DNA of 58,946 nucleotides, counting the filler, from Squatina squatina (taxonomy: Eukaryota), in assembly GCA_031763465.1 (NCBI GenBank). It is 4 parts of 3 records of this genome, joined end to end, with 100 filler letters (N's around TTAATTAATTAA, not from the genome) between each part and the next. Parts side by side here need not be neighbours in the genome. Positions count along the whole stretch, not along the records: positions 14,193 to 28,819 come from JARFOE010000163.1; positions 28,920 to 44,826 come from JARFOE010000046.1; 2 more parts are not named here. One strand, given 5' to 3'. Below, one piece after another: positions 25,517 through 38,706 of this stretch (position 1 is the first letter of the stretch; each line of letters begins with the position of its first letter). A program made the position numbers and the translations under genes. The notes under the pieces were generated by a model that saw only the letters and a program-made list of their open reading frames with translations, was not told the origin of the DNA and made no database searches.

Positions 25517-25659
25517 TTGACCGAGCTTTTGGTCACCTGCCCTAATATCTCCTTATGCGGCTCGGTGTCAAATTTTTTAATCTCATAACACTCCTGTGAA
25601 GCACCTTGGGATGTTTCACCACGTTAAAGGCGCTATATAAATACAAATTGTTGTTGTTG
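25517..25659 (+). mobile_element. L2 LINE 3' tail
   Basis: Close match to 8399-8537, ending GGCGCTATATAAATACAAATTGTTGTTG. Confidence 0.8.
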
Positions 25660-26654
25660 CTGGTGGTGCCTGTACCACTGTTTCTTGTAAAGAATTCCAT
25701 GTTCCAACAACCCTCTGCTTAAAGAGAAATAAATATCCTAACCTCCCCAATCACTCCTTTGTTGATATTCTTAAATTTATTCCTTCTAGTTACTGACCAG
25801 TGGAAATAGTGTTTCTTTATTCACCTTATCAAAGCCCTTCAGAATTTTGAGCGCCTATATGCTTAAATGATAAAAGGTTCAGTTTATCCAGTCTCGCCTC
25901 GTAAGTAAAAACTCTCATCCCTGGTATCATCTTTGTGAATCTCTTTGGCACCTACTTCATATTTTCTGTCGGTAATTCTATTCTGTTACTTATAGGGACC
26001 TTTAATATATCTTCTTCCTCGTGCTCAATCATCAGTGCTTAGGAAACTGCTACTGCCTGAGCCTTGTTTTCGACATTATATCAGCATGCAGTTTGCATTT
26101 CTGTATAGAGATTGTAGGCTTGCAAGCATCTGGAGTTTCTGTGAGCAATGGATAACTGGGATGATCTGGGTCATGCCGAGAATTTGTATATTTTAATAGA
26201 TTAAAAGGTTGTTTGTACAGTTGTGTTATTTTCCAGTAATTTCTCATTGCTGTTTGGCAATCAGTTATGTGTGCAGTTAGGAATCAAAAATAAACAACCT
26301 CTAGAAGCGGAATCAGTGATTCCTACTCTGTGCAGCACATCATCTGTGAGATTGCTTTGTTTGGCCCTCCAGCTAATTACTTGTTAGAATAGCATTGCGA
26401 GAAATTGTTTTCAGATTTGAAAAAAGAGCAAATTCTATGTGACCGCTCCATGTTTCGCGTTAAACAAATGTGAAGTTTGAAAGAGTTTTCATCAGTAAAT
26501 GTGTCAGGAAATATCCAATTGATTCTGCTTGTAATTAACTAGTTTGTGTACGAANNNNNNNNNNNNNNNNNNNNNNNNNNNNNNNNNNNNNNNNNNNNNN
26601 NNNNNNNNNNNNNNNNNNNNNNNNNNNNNNNNNNNNNNNNNNNNNNNNNNNNNN

Positions 26655-26826
26655 TTATCTGGTTATTTTCACATTGCTGTTTGTGGGAGCTTGCTTGTGC
26701 GCAAATTGGTTGCCACATTTCCTACATTACAACAGTGACTGCACTTCAAAAAAGTACTTCATTGGCTGTAAAGTGCTTTGAGACGTCCCATGGTCATGAA
26801 AGGTGCTATATAAAGTCTTTCTTTCT
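26655..26826 (+). mobile_element. DeuSINE (SacSINE1/AmnSINE1-like) 3' part
   Basis: CACATTGCTGTTTGTGGGAGCTTGC...CATTACAACAGTGACTGCACTTCAAAA...GGTGCTATATAAA. Also present at 47286 and 48774. Confidence 0.8.
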
Positions 26827-27539
26827 CGAGTAAATCATGTCCAGCAACGCAATCAGTTTTAAGTGCATTATTCTTGGCTAAGACTGCTGCAGTTACTTCG
26901 ATTGAAACGATTTTAACTGTGGTTCTCCGCAACAATGGAAGGCTGTTTTCTCATCATTATTGTCACTCCTTATCTTGGCACATTTCTTTAAGTCAAACAT
27001 TTTTCAGATTTTGCAGGTAATGCTCTAAATAAAAGTGCAAAAACATTAGCTTGCAATTAACAGACTGAATGAAGAATAACAGGTAAATCAGGTAGATCAG
27101 TCTGTTCTACTTAACCCTGCATTATGAACCAGGTTCTTCCTTTGTAGATTTATAGAATGAACAAACATGAGAATATGTTATGTAGATGCCTGTGTGAGTT
27201 CCATTTTATATAGCATTCATTGCACAGGACCCAAGAGAAATGGTTAATTCAAGACATGTCTGAATTACATTCCTTGATCATTGTGGACATTTCCTTTTGT
27301 AAGAATTTATGAAACTAACAAATCATTTGAAAAATCAGTTGCATTTATACATTGTCATTTTTAATCTTTCAACTTTTGTGTGCAGGGTGGGTCTCTCTTG
27401 GGATGCGTGAAGAGGTTATAGCTAGCGGATTGTTATGCCATAGTTTTCAAAGACCACAATTGTTCAGAAATGCTATTGGAGCGAGAATATTGCTCAAGAG
27501 GTTTACACCCCCTTTAATATTGTACTATTTAGTTTCTAT

Positions 27540-27890
27540 TGCCTCTCCTCAATCTTCCGACCACACTGCATCGCTTCACGCTTCTCTGCATTAATCTGCA
27601 TTTGCCATCTGCCTGCCCATTTCACTACTCTGCCTGTGTCTTCCTCAAGCCTGTTACTATCCTCCTCACTGTTTACTACATTTCTGAGTTTCGTGTCATC
27701 TGCATACATTGAAATGATGCCCAAGTCCCGGTCATTAATATATATTAACAAAAACACTGCTCCTAATACCGACCCCTGGGAGACACCACTGTATTACTTC
27801 CCTCCAGTCTGAAAAACAACCCTTCACCACTATTCTCTGCTTTCTGTCTCTCAGCCCATTTCGTATCCATGCTGCCACTGCCCCTTTAAT
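27540..27890 (-). mobile_element. CR1 LINE RT fragment
   Basis: FLLIYINDRDLGIISMYADDTKL...DTGRVVKWAGRWQMQINAEK. Confidence 0.88.
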
Positions 27891-28070
27891 AAATAAGGTT
27901 GGTGTCACATGGGGTTATGATGTAGGAGCAACAGTGGAGTTTAGCTCAAACAATGGCAGCAAGGGGAACTNNNNNNNNNNNNNNNNNNNNNNNNNNNNNN
28001 NNNNNNNNNNNNNNNNNNNNNNNNNNNNNNNNNNNNNNNNNNNNNNNNNNNNNNNNNNNNNNNNNNNNNN

Positions 28071-28155
28071 AAACAGCGTCAACGTTTCGGGTCGATGACC
28101 GTTCGTCAGAACTGGGGAAAGTTAGAAGTGCAGCAGGTTTTTAAGCACCTGCAGG
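28071..28155 (-). mobile_element. Penelope-like terminal repeat fragment with intact hammerhead core nucleotides
   Basis: Reverse complement reads AGTT-CTGACGA-ACGGTCATCGACCC-GAAA-CGTT-GAC. Upstream part matches 12987-13024. Confidence 0.7.
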
Positions 28156-28819
28156 GGGCGCGGGGGAACGGGGGGAGGAGGGAGTAACCTTGCCAAGCAA
28201 GTGGAGCCAGTCCTTCTGGAGAAGTCTCTGGTAATTCTTGAGATGGTGACGTTAGGGCTGGGAAGGCGGGTGGGGGATGGGTTTGGGAGAAAGATTCATC
28301 CAAAGCAGAGAATGATGGTGTTAGCTGACCTTGAGAGTTTAAAAGTTAAAAGACTGACAGCCAGCTGCACGTGGGCAGTTGTAGCTAATAAACCTTCTTT
28401 GATTATTTGTGTTTGTTTTTTGTTTGAGGAGCATTGTGCCAATTAAGTACAACTCCCTGGATTTGTGGTATGGATGATTCTGATTAGTGAAGCTCTAATG
28501 TGGGTTTTAGGGATTATTGGGGTTGGTGAATGTGCGGTATACTCTTTGGCCATGGGACAGGAACTGTGCTTCCCACTCACAGCCTCATAGGATGCACTCT
28601 TAAAGTGGATTTTTTTTTAATGTTCCTCTGAGATTAATCCCAGTGATTAAGGAATTCCCTATTATAACGGTGTAGATAATAGGCAGTGTCCCAGTAACTA
28701 TCACAGCTCTGGACTGCCCTCAGTTCTGGAGAGTTAACACTTTCCATACAGCTTGGGATGGTTAAGCAAAAGCCAAACTCTGTGAATCTTTGAAGGTGAA
28801 TGATAAAGCAACAATGTTA

Positions 28820-28919
28820 NNNNNNNNNNNNNNNNNNNNNNNNNNNNNNNNNNNNNNNNNNNNTTAATTAATTAANNNNNNNNNNNNNNNNNNNNNNNNN
28901 NNNNNNNNNNNNNNNNNNN
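28820..28919. other. Artificial linker (TTAATTAATTAA at 28864-28875)
   Basis: Same 44N-12mer-44N structure. Confidence 0.97.
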
Positions 28920-29289
28920 ACAGACAGCTTTACAATACCTTTGACAGTTGGATACAGCAGAGTTGGACTTTTCAAATGATACATAACGCATAACGCATGA
29001 AGGCTCATTTAATCTCCACAGCCAGTACAAAACAGCGCAAACTGCATTTTCTTTCCTTTCAGTGCCTGTAAGAAATGCTGGAAGTGTTTGTTGTCTGCCT
29101 GTCTCCCGTACACATTTATAGAAATGGATGCGTGAGATCAACTAGCTTTTAAAGTTACTGAAGAAAGACCTTTGATTTTAAGTGATCATCTCAGTTGCTG
29201 ATGTAAACAACTCGCCTGTTGCAGCACCATGATTGGGTGCGTTTTCAGAATAGTGAACATCATCTCAAGCTCATGCAGTTCAGCACTTG

Positions 29290-29480
29290 CATACCATGTA
29301 CTGCTTAATCCTATACTGTGCTGTACTGCACCTTACACTGTTACATATTGCTATATTACACACTACGCTCTGTATATACCTTACAGTATAATTACTGCAC
29401 TGCATTATACTGATGAAGTATAAGCCTACTATTTACTATACTGCATAGTCTTTATGCAGTGCCTGTACTGCACACTGTGC
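29290..29480. repeat. Degenerate pentamer low-complexity tract (TACTG-like)
   Basis: Repeated TACTG/CACTG/TATAC units. Confidence 0.5.
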
Positions 29481-32400
29481 TTTCGTGTCNNNNNNNNNNN
29501 NNNNNNNNNNNNNNNNNNNNNNNNNNNNNNNNNNNNNNNNNNNNNNNNNNNNNNNNNNNNNNNNNNNNNNNNNNNNNNNNNNNNNNNNNGTAATAAATTA
29601 TACAGTATACACCATGTTTCTAAATATCAAAGACTTGTGTTGTGTGCTTGATGTTTAATTCATGATATGTGTACTACACTCTGGACCATATAGCTTACAC
29701 ACATCCAATTAGTTGCCAGTGTAAATCTTGAACATTTCATTGGTGAGGGTCTGAGGGGGCAGCTTATCCCTGTTGGACAGGACATTATTTCATGGGCCAT
29801 TCTCACTTTCAGAAGAACCTTAACATGAAAACAGTGTTGTCTGCCAATGAAAGATGATGCTGTGTTAGGTGAAGTGTCTGCAGCCAGGCCAACGCCTGCA
29901 TGTTTTACAAAGCATCGTTTTAGTTTACCCTAAAGTGTGATTTTTATATGTAAAGAGCAAGGAAAACGCTAGGCTTGCTAAGTGTCTTGATAACATTACA
30001 TCACTGATCAGCCAATGCACATTCTGATGTTTGAACTCTTTTGCCAGAGGTCAAAATATGAATCGGATCTGGCTTCAAACGAGAATCTGACAATGTGTAG
30101 AAACGAGCAGTCACCGCTACATTCTCTTTAATTTATTATTTAGCCTTTCAATAGTATTTGAAGTTAGAGAAATGGGATGTACCATATGGGTTCATTGAGT
30201 GGATCCAACTGAATAATATACAAGTGTTGAAGCTGCCATTGATGCATCCAGTCAGATCCTGCATCCGGTCCAGTCCACTGGTGCGCATGCTGTTGCAATG
30301 ATGCCTTGTTGATACAAAGGCTACTTCTTGCAANNNNNNNNNNNNNNNNNNNNNNNNNNNNNNNNNNNNNNNNNNNNNNNNNNNNNNNNNNNNNNNNNNN
30401 NNNNNNNNNNNNNNNNNNNNNNNNNNNNNNNNNTATAGTCAGAAACAAGGTAACATTTTCTCCATTTATGCCCAACAATGGTGCTGAAAAAGTGGATTCT
30501 AGTATAAAGTTAGGGGATACCTCTTTCCGAGTATCTTAATTTTTTGCTGAAGCTGATAACGTTAGCCATGTTATCCATTGCTAAATGCGGTAATACTGAC
30601 TGCCCATACACCCTTCGTTCCCCATATAGCCTCTGCATGTGTGCAGTCTTTCATGCTCATACATTTTCAAAAATTGCAATTGTCCCTCCTCTCCCAGTGC
30701 CCAAACCATCTATACACACACACACACACACTTCATCTAATAAATAAAAAATGTCACATAAGAGAATAAGATGGGGTGTCAGCTTGAAATATATATTTGT
30801 ATTCTCCTTGAGTATGAAAAATATCAAACCGTATCCAACAGCATTTATAAAAGAATTCTTTTCAAAAAAATCTATTTTTTGCACCAATCAGCTGCAGATG
30901 TAATTTTATTGTTATGGAAGCAAGAGATTAGACATTCCATAAAACAAATCCTTACAATAAGGGTTACTGGTGCATGTGTCCCTTTTTGATTGCTTTAATA
31001 AATCCTATAAGAGCAATCTAAATCCACATTACGTCTCCCTGCAGAGCTTGTTTGCTTAGCTGTGGGTTATACCTCATCAAATGTAGTGCCAATGAATATT
31101 TTATGTGGATTATTCCTTCCCCTTATGCACAGATCCTGACATACCACTTACAGCTATTACTCAGGACACCAGTTATACATCACAAACGCTCTTTCCACTA
31201 CAGGGGTTTGATGTGTTTGAGTCTCCTGAGAGAGCACAGCTAACATCTTAGAAGACAGCGCATGTTGGTTCAATGTATGATTTTTGGTTTGAAAAGAACA
31301 CACAACTAAGGTTTACACAAAAGATGAATTTTAAAGAGGGGGAAAAAAATGCCATCGAAGCAATTGTAAGACGTTTTTATTTAATTCTGCGTAAGTTTGA
31401 ATATTTTGGGTGAGCTAAAGAGTCCCTTTAGTGTTCTTTTAATAATTCAGAACAGTTCATTGGAACTCTGGCACATTATATTGGGAAACTGTAAGACATA
31501 AGATTTTCAGCTGCGATTTTCCTTCTCTCCCCGCCTCTCCAAGTATGTCTAGTTCTTGTTTGTAATTGTACCAGCAATGTTGGTGGGAGGAGGATGGAGG
31601 GTGCAGTGGATCATGCAATTCCCCAAAGGGGAGCAGGGAAATTGGAGGGTAAGTCATCTCCAGGGCTGCTCGGAAAGGGTTTCTCTTGGGGTTTGGTTAT
31701 CGAGTTGAATTAACAAATCCCTGAGCCAATTTGCCTAAATATGGAGCACGGCCCAGTGAACACGTAAAGAGATAAATTCGAGAGAAAAATCAGTAAGAAA
31801 TTCCATTCTTTCTTCCACTCAGACCCTATTCCTGCACCCTTCAAAGCCGTCATCACCACCTCCTCAAAAACAAAATTTAAACTCGAACCCCCCCATGCTC
31901 TCCAACCTCCTCTCCTTTTCTGAAGTCCTCGCTAAGATCTCTGCCACCAAGCTCTGTGCCCCCCTCTCCCATGACATCCTCCTCAAATCCTTTCNNNNNN
32001 NNNNACTCTGCCCACACTGGGACTGCCCTAGCAATCACCAACAATATCCTTTGTTGGGGCCCTTACAGCCACCCACCCCCCCCACCCAAACAACCATGAA
32101 AACTTTATGGATTCCCACTGCAATCAAGTGGTAATCAGTGGATCTGGCTATACCCAATTAAACAAATTAATAAACTGCACTAAAGCCAAAGCGAGGCAAA
32201 AAAAAATTCAACTGCACTTGAATTAAATCAGATCAAGGGCAATAAAAATCAGCCTATTCAGGCTGCGACTCCATAGTTAGCAGGGCTTTGACTCCATAGT
32301 TAACGGGGCCAACGACAAAAGCTGGTTTCTAAGCAAGAACCTGTAATTATAGCAATTCAGTCCGGTACGAGTGCGGTGAAGTAACTGAGGTGGAAGAGAA

Positions 32401-32684
32401 AGTATAGTTGCAGTGCATCCCAAACANNNNNNNNNNNNNNNNNNNNNNNNNNNNNNNNNNNNNNNNNNNNNNNNNNNNNNNNNNNNNNNNNNNNNNNNNN
32501 NNNNNNNNNNNNNNNNNNNNNNNNNNGCGCGTAAGTCCCGCCCTGGCCGCAAAATTCCAGTTACCGCCCCTCACAGGAAGTGGAATGTAATGTCGCATGC
32601 TCCATTTCCTTTTGGAGAGGGATTGGGGACACTACACGGGCGTATCACGGAGCACTCTGCGGCCTCTCCCTGCAGCGTTGACCA

Positions 32685-32940
32685 GAAGTAGCCCATAGTA
32701 GCAACACTTAACAACCTGGACAAAAGCCTGTACTTTTCTTCGAATAGATCATGGTCAATGGGCCCTCTCCCCAGTCTGGCAAAATGGAGAGCACCTGAAC
32801 TCATTTAGCACAAGTGGATGTCAAACCTGGTATGAAAAAGGCTTCACCAGACAAGCCAGCACCTTGGCTCAAGGCCAGATTATCCACTTCGAACAGCTGC
32901 TTGACAAATTCAAACCTGATGTTTGCCAAATTATCCTGAC
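32685..32940 (+). mobile_element. Degenerate L1/Tx1-like ORF2 C-terminal fragment
   Basis: LSPVWQN and QTWYEKGF...GQIIHFEQLLDKFK resemble the fish L1 pattern SPIW.N...W..KGI...F.QL..KF. Confidence 0.5.
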
Positions 32941-32990
32941 ACCCCCGCCCCCACCACCAAGATTATGTAGTTCTCTCAGCACTGAAATCG

Positions 32991-33090
32991 TGTCAGCTTA
33001 GCTTACGTGCTCAAGTCCTAAAATAGGGCTTGAATTCATGACCTTCAGACTCCAAGATGAGAGTGCTATCAGTTGAGCCAAGCTGACACT
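32991..33090 (-). mobile_element. tRNA-derived SINE head
   Basis: Reverse complement GTGTCAGCTTGGCTCAACTGATAGCACTCTC...GAATTCAAGCCC...GACTTGAGCAC matches the head at 45991. Confidence 0.7.
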
Positions 33091-36000
33091 TTTCAATGAA
33101 TCTTGGTTCCAACACACAAAGGATACACGGAGGAGAAAGAAAGATGGCTTTGAAGATACAAGACAAGAAAGTTNNNNNNNNNNGTTTTTTGAAGCAATGA
33201 CCACAGTCATTGGGATAAAATATACAAGCTTCACAGATATAGCCAGGAGAAACATGAGTGCCCCACAATACACACCATACTGTTTGATATTAAGCCTTAC
33301 CTGTAACTATGGTAACAGTACATGAGTTAGCTCCTTGCATGTATTAGCATCTATGCAGGGGAAGCCTTCTGAAAGACTGACCCCAAACTGTAACTTTGTG
33401 CCCACAAACTTTCTTGCAGTGTTCAAAAAGAAACTCATTTATATGTTGGGAGAATAAATCTTGTTCACTTATCCATGAGACATGAAAGTAACAGCTGTCT
33501 GCGATTCCCAGAAGATGATAAAATTATGCTTGAAATGATTGTCACAAATTATCAGTCTTCTAAAGTGTAAAATAGAGCCACAGTTCTTTGATTTGAAATC
33601 TTCATTGGATATTTAATTTTTTTTTTCAGGAGGGGAAAGGAGGAAAGTGTTTTCATAGTTTATCTCTGCTCTCGCTGCTTTGGTTCAGCTTTTCCTTTTT
33701 TGGCTGGTAGATTTTTCTTATTACTCTTGCTTGATTCATTCTTTTCTCAGCTCCTTTTGTGTTCCTCATTGGAGGTTTATCTACTAACGATCCTTGCATT
33801 TGATTCAGATGTTCCCTACTTGTTCAATTTTGATTTGCTTGTGTTTTGCACGTAATATTGTCAGCCTATCACGTCCAAATAGAGACATATATCATTACTA
33901 TGTTAAAATCCATCTTGCAGGCAGCAAGCGAGAAAACTACAGTAACCAGATTAAACCTGCACATACAACCTCAATCCCTCCAATGGAGCAAACGAATCAT
34001 ACATGCACACATACACAAACACATATATACATAAACAAATTTATATCTTGCACATACACACATACATACACACATATGTCCTGTGGCTTTCCTGACAGTA
34101 AATCAGATTATATGCCATTTTATAATGGCAGTAATATATCATGTATCGTCAATGCTGCCANNNNNNNNNNNNNNNNNNNNNNNNNNNNNNNNNNNNNNNN
34201 NNNNNNNNNNNNNNNNNNNNNNNNNNNNNNNNNNNNNNNNNNNNNNNNNNNNNNNNNNNNTGCAGAATGTGTTCCACTTGTGAAAAGAATGCTGGTCACT
34301 CATGAGTGACAATTCAGTCACAAGTAACTGAGACAGCTCTTCCTTGGAGAATGAAAGAAATCCTGTATTTTTTTTCACAGTTCCCCAGTGGAGCATCCTG
34401 TTTATACAACACGTGTCCTTTGTTTGATAAAACATTTAAATAAGAAATGGTGAATCAATTATGCAAATGATGGAATGTGTGATGCAGTGTCTCGTCATCC
34501 CAAAGTGCTGTGCAAAAGCATTTCCTTACATTTCATGTTTAATTGATTTCGGACAATATGCTGTGTAGGGCAATGTCAGTACTGGGGAACTGGTGTGTTT
34601 CTGCTTTTGCATCAGTTGTCAGTCTCCAGCCACTCTCGGGTCAGGGATGGCACAAGTTAGCTTCAGGGCAAAACTTCCTGAACACAGGGGTTTTGATCCT
34701 TGGAATCATCTCTGTTGCACTTTTCTGAACTATCTCCAATAGATCAATGTCCATTTGAAGGCAAGTTGTCCAAAACTGTGCAGAAGAATGTGGCCTTAAA
34801 AATCAGCTGGTCAGGAAAGGAGATACTTTCACGGTGCATTTTTGAATTTGATTGACCTTGTTGAGAAGCTTGGCTACTTTAAAAGGTCAATAATCACACC
34901 CGAATCCTTATCTTTTCTAGTTTTGATCGGATATTTGCTGTGCATGTTTCCTGTTCCAGTGTGTATCTTAAGTACAGTATTCTGATCCATCTTCCTTAGC
35001 CCAGTTAATTAAAGAGGGAGTACAGTCAACTAAATTGCAACATAATCAAAAATATTATAAAGCAACATGCCTGCATATCTATCAATATTTCCCAGTCACC
35101 TCTCAGATGCCCGCTTGTGGTTTAGAACTGCTGATTGGAGGCAACCAGGGAGCAGTCATTTGGTGTGCTGAAGTTTGACAACAGTAACATCATGAATGGG
35201 GACAGCGCCTTGTTTTTCTATTCGCAATACCNNNNNNNNNNNNNNNNNNNNNNNNNNNNNNNNNNNNNNNNNNNNNNNNNNNNNNNNNNNNNNNNNNNNN
35301 NNNNNNNNNNNNNNNNNNNNNNNNNNNNNNNNNNNNNNNNNNNNNNNNNNNNNNNNNNNNNNNNNNNNNNNNNNNNNNNNNNNNNNNNNNNNNNNNNNNN
35401 NNNNNNNNNNNNNNNNNNNNNNNNNNNNNNNNNNNNNNNNNNNNNNNNNNNNNNNNNNNNNNNNNNNNNNNNNNNNNNNNNNNNNNNNNNNNNNNNNNNN
35501 NNNNNNNNNNNNNNNNNNNNNNNNNNNNNNNNNNNNNNNNNNNNNNNNNNNNNNNNNNNNNNNNNNNNNNNNNNNNNNNNNNNNNNNNNNNNNNNNNNNN
35601 NNNNNNNNNNNNNNNNNNNNNNNNNNNNNNNNNNNNNNNNNNNNNNNNNNNNNNNNNNNNNNNNNNNNNNNNNNNNNNNNNNNNNNNNNNNNNNNNNNNN
35701 NNNNNNNNNNNNNNNNNNNNNNNNNNNNNNNNNNNNNNNNNNNNNNNNNNNNNNNNNNNNNNNNNNNNNNNNNNNNNNNNNNNNNNNNNNNNNNNNNNNN
35801 NNNNNNNNNNNNNNNNNNNNNNNNNNNNNNNNNNNNNNNNNNNNNNNNNNNNNNNNNNNNNNNNNNNNNNNNNNNNNNNNNNNNNNNNNNNNNNNNNNNN
35901 NNNNNNNNNNNNNNNNNNNNNNNNNNNNNNNNNNNNNNNNNNNNNNNNNNNNNNNNNNNNNNNNNNNNNNNNNNNNNNNNNNNNNNNNNNNNNNNNNNNN

Positions 36001-36864
36001 NNNNNNNNNNNNNNNNNNNNNNNNNNNNNNNNNNNNNNNNNNNNNNNNNNNNNNNNNNNNNNNNNNNNNNNNNNNNNNNNNNNNNNNNNNNNNNNNNNNN
36101 NNNNNNNNNNNNNNNNNNNNNNNNNNNNNNNNNNNNNNNNNNNNNNNNNNNNNNNNNNNNNNNNNNNNNNNNNNNNNNNNNNNNNNNNNNNNNNTGTAGC
36201 TTGGTGCCGAGAACAAATTTGATAATAATGAAAGAATGTTCCTTCATATTGTAAAGGTTGCACAACAAGGGGTCCAGAAGATTCCCATGGAGGAGTGTTT
36301 TTTCTGCCCTCCAGACTGAGACATTTCACTTGATATTACCTTCTGCTGTCTATTGCCGAGCCAGTTTTCAATTTAGTTGGTTAATTTATCATTAATTCCA
36401 AGAACCTTTATCTTCTTTAAAAGCCTTCACTGTAAAGCCTTATCAAATACCTTCTTAAAAGCCGAACGTATTGTATCTATTGAAATATACATTCTACATT
36501 AATTCAACACATCTTCAAAGAATTCCAGCAGATGTCTGAAACATGGCCCATTTCTCTCAGTGCATGTTGATTCCTTTTCACCTCGGAACCCTGACATTTT
36601 ACTTAAACCTGACTCATCCTGAATTCCTAGATTCATCTCTGATGACTTTCCGGGCTTTGTCGAGTAGGTAAGCATCCTCATGCACTATGAAATAGGGATG
36701 TGGGGACTTCCCCATCTCAACTGAGCAGAGGCAAGGAAAGCAACAGTGAACCTCGCCCTGAATCCCTGGCGTCAGATAAAGCTTCCCGGTCCCCCTGATT
36801 TTGGCTCGGTGTGAAGAGGTAAGGTCAGGAAGAATACCGTAGCTTGTCCTAAAGGCTTAGAGGT

Positions 36865-37110
36865 GTGGGTACACTGGTGATCTATAGAGCCCTTCAGATC
36901 AGAAAGCCCCAGGTCAGTGCAAAGTTAACTGATCACATCGGGGTTGCAGTTGGAGTGCCATAATTGGGCTCAGTGCCCTTGGGCTAGATAAGGATAAACA
37001 AGAGGCACAACCAGGCTGTAGCTGCTGATTATTATGCTCTGACTCCTGCGATGAAGAGTAGGCATGAATATTGGATGGAATACACAGGCAGGCTCGCTTC
37101 CGATGCCTTT
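36865..37110 (+). mobile_element. Old SINE fragment (possibly AmnSINE2-like)
   Basis: GTTAACTGATCACATCGGGG...ATAATTGGGCTCAGTGCCCTTGGGCTAG resembles a recalled ancient SINE consensus. Family assignment uncertain. Confidence 0.4.
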
Positions 37111-37257
37111 TACAGAGGAATAGCAGAGTCGGAGGCGGGAACCTGTGAGAGTGGGAGNNNNNNNNNNNNNNNNNNNNNNNNNNNNNNNNNNNNNNNNNNN
37201 NNNNNNNNNNNNNNNNNNNNNNNNNNNNNNNNNNNNNNNNNNNNNNNNNNNNNNNNN

Positions 37258-37400
37258 CATTCTCACCACTCTTTGTGTAAAGAAGCTTCTTCTGAATTCC
37301 CTATTGGATTTCTTGGTGACTATCTTATATTGATGGTCTCTAGCTATGCTGTTCCCCACAAGTGGAAACATTCTCTCTGTATCCACTCTATCAAAACATT
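37258..37400 (-). mobile_element. CR1 LINE 3' fragment
   Basis: FDRVDTERMFPLVG...REFRRSFFTQRVVRM. Same family as 52150-52650. Confidence 0.85.
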
Positions 37401-38519
37401 TGGCTAGCTCCCGGATGGGAAATGAAAAAGGAAAATGGTAATGAGGTCCTGCCCTTAATATCGGCAGGACCTCCGTGTTACCCACATGTCCGGGATTCCC
37501 AACACTAACAGCGCAGCCTAGCTACATGATACACATCCAGTTACTGCTGGGCTAAGACTACCCATATATACATAAAAGTAAAATATAAAGAAATAGGGTA
37601 GTTTTAGAATTTATATTTCTGATACGGAGCATCATCTCTCTCGAGCGCGTGTCTGAAATTTGGGCAGCATTCCCATGATTTTATATCGTGCAGGTCCAAA
37701 TCGGCCACATGGGCTCCCAGCAGGTGAAGTTCCACACCAGGAGCACATATTCTTGAAATGACCTCCTACGTTTTCCATTGCTAACACCCTTGGAGATATG
37801 TGTCAAAATGGTGAAAAATAGAGTTTGACTGTGATACAGTACTAAAATGTGGCACGATCACTTCAGTTATGTTATTTTCTCTGTATATACATTGAGCACT
37901 GAAGTAAAAACTCCCAGTTTTTATACATTTAGAAACTTAAGTGAAGAACAAAGAGTGGTCAGTTGTCATCAAGATTGAGTTTTAAAAGGATGTAGATTGA
38001 AGGAAGAATGCAATACTTGGAGTTAAAAAGACTTCAGTTTTGAGAGCCTGGGAAAGAATGAGTTGGAGCAAGAGATTGTAAAATGAGCTTTGATTTCAAC
38101 ACAGTAAATGAGGAGGAAGAATGCAGGGAGTTGGAGCTTGGGAGGAACAAAACGAGAAAGATCACAGAAGCAATGACCATAATAATTTTGTTAAAACAAA
38201 GGCAAGAAAAGTTGTAATGAAGTGACAAAAGGTTTGGAGATGAGTGGTCAGAGAAGGATCACTTATCAGACAACTAGGAATTGGAAAAAGATGTTGGAGG
38301 AGATTTCCAAATATGGAAACAATGTTTGTGTCTTGGAATGACTTTGGCTTTAGAGAAAAGTAAGACAGTTATTGAAGTGAAAATAAATGTTTGGCACCAA
38401 AGAGGATAAAAGTTTCTTGGAGGCAGCTTTCGCAGCAGAGCAATAGTCTGAGTCATTTCTCAATTTAACAATGAGGCAGTTCTCATGAATTTTGATCTTC
38501 GTCCCTTTCCTAAAGGGAT

Positions 38520-38706
38520 TAAGGTCGGGGTGGTCTTGGATTTGGCCTGGAGGCAGCGGGGGTCAAACAGTTTCCCACTTGTCCTGTAGATTCGCTCCAT
38601 TCCAGCGTGGAGCTTCATGAAAATGGGGTGGAGTGTTGCAATGAGGAAGATGGAGAAGAGCGTCGGTGTGATGACACAGCCTTCCTTGACCCCATTATGC
38701 ACTTGA
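38520..38706 (-). mobile_element. RTE-clade LINE RT fragment
   Basis: GVKEGCVITPTLFSIF...YRTSGKLFDPRCLQAKSKT. Confidence 0.85.

Noticed and set aside
32261-32306. 23-bp tandem duplication (GACTCCATAGTTA core)
   Set aside because: Only two copies, with no sign of function.
35162-35209. REST/RE1 site
   Set aside because: Half-sites GTGCTGAA and GGACAGCGCC are in the wrong relative orientation and too far apart.
35135-36329. Long ORFs of 230-380 aa here and at 10110-10847 and 42063-43190
   Set aside because: They consist almost entirely of N gaps.
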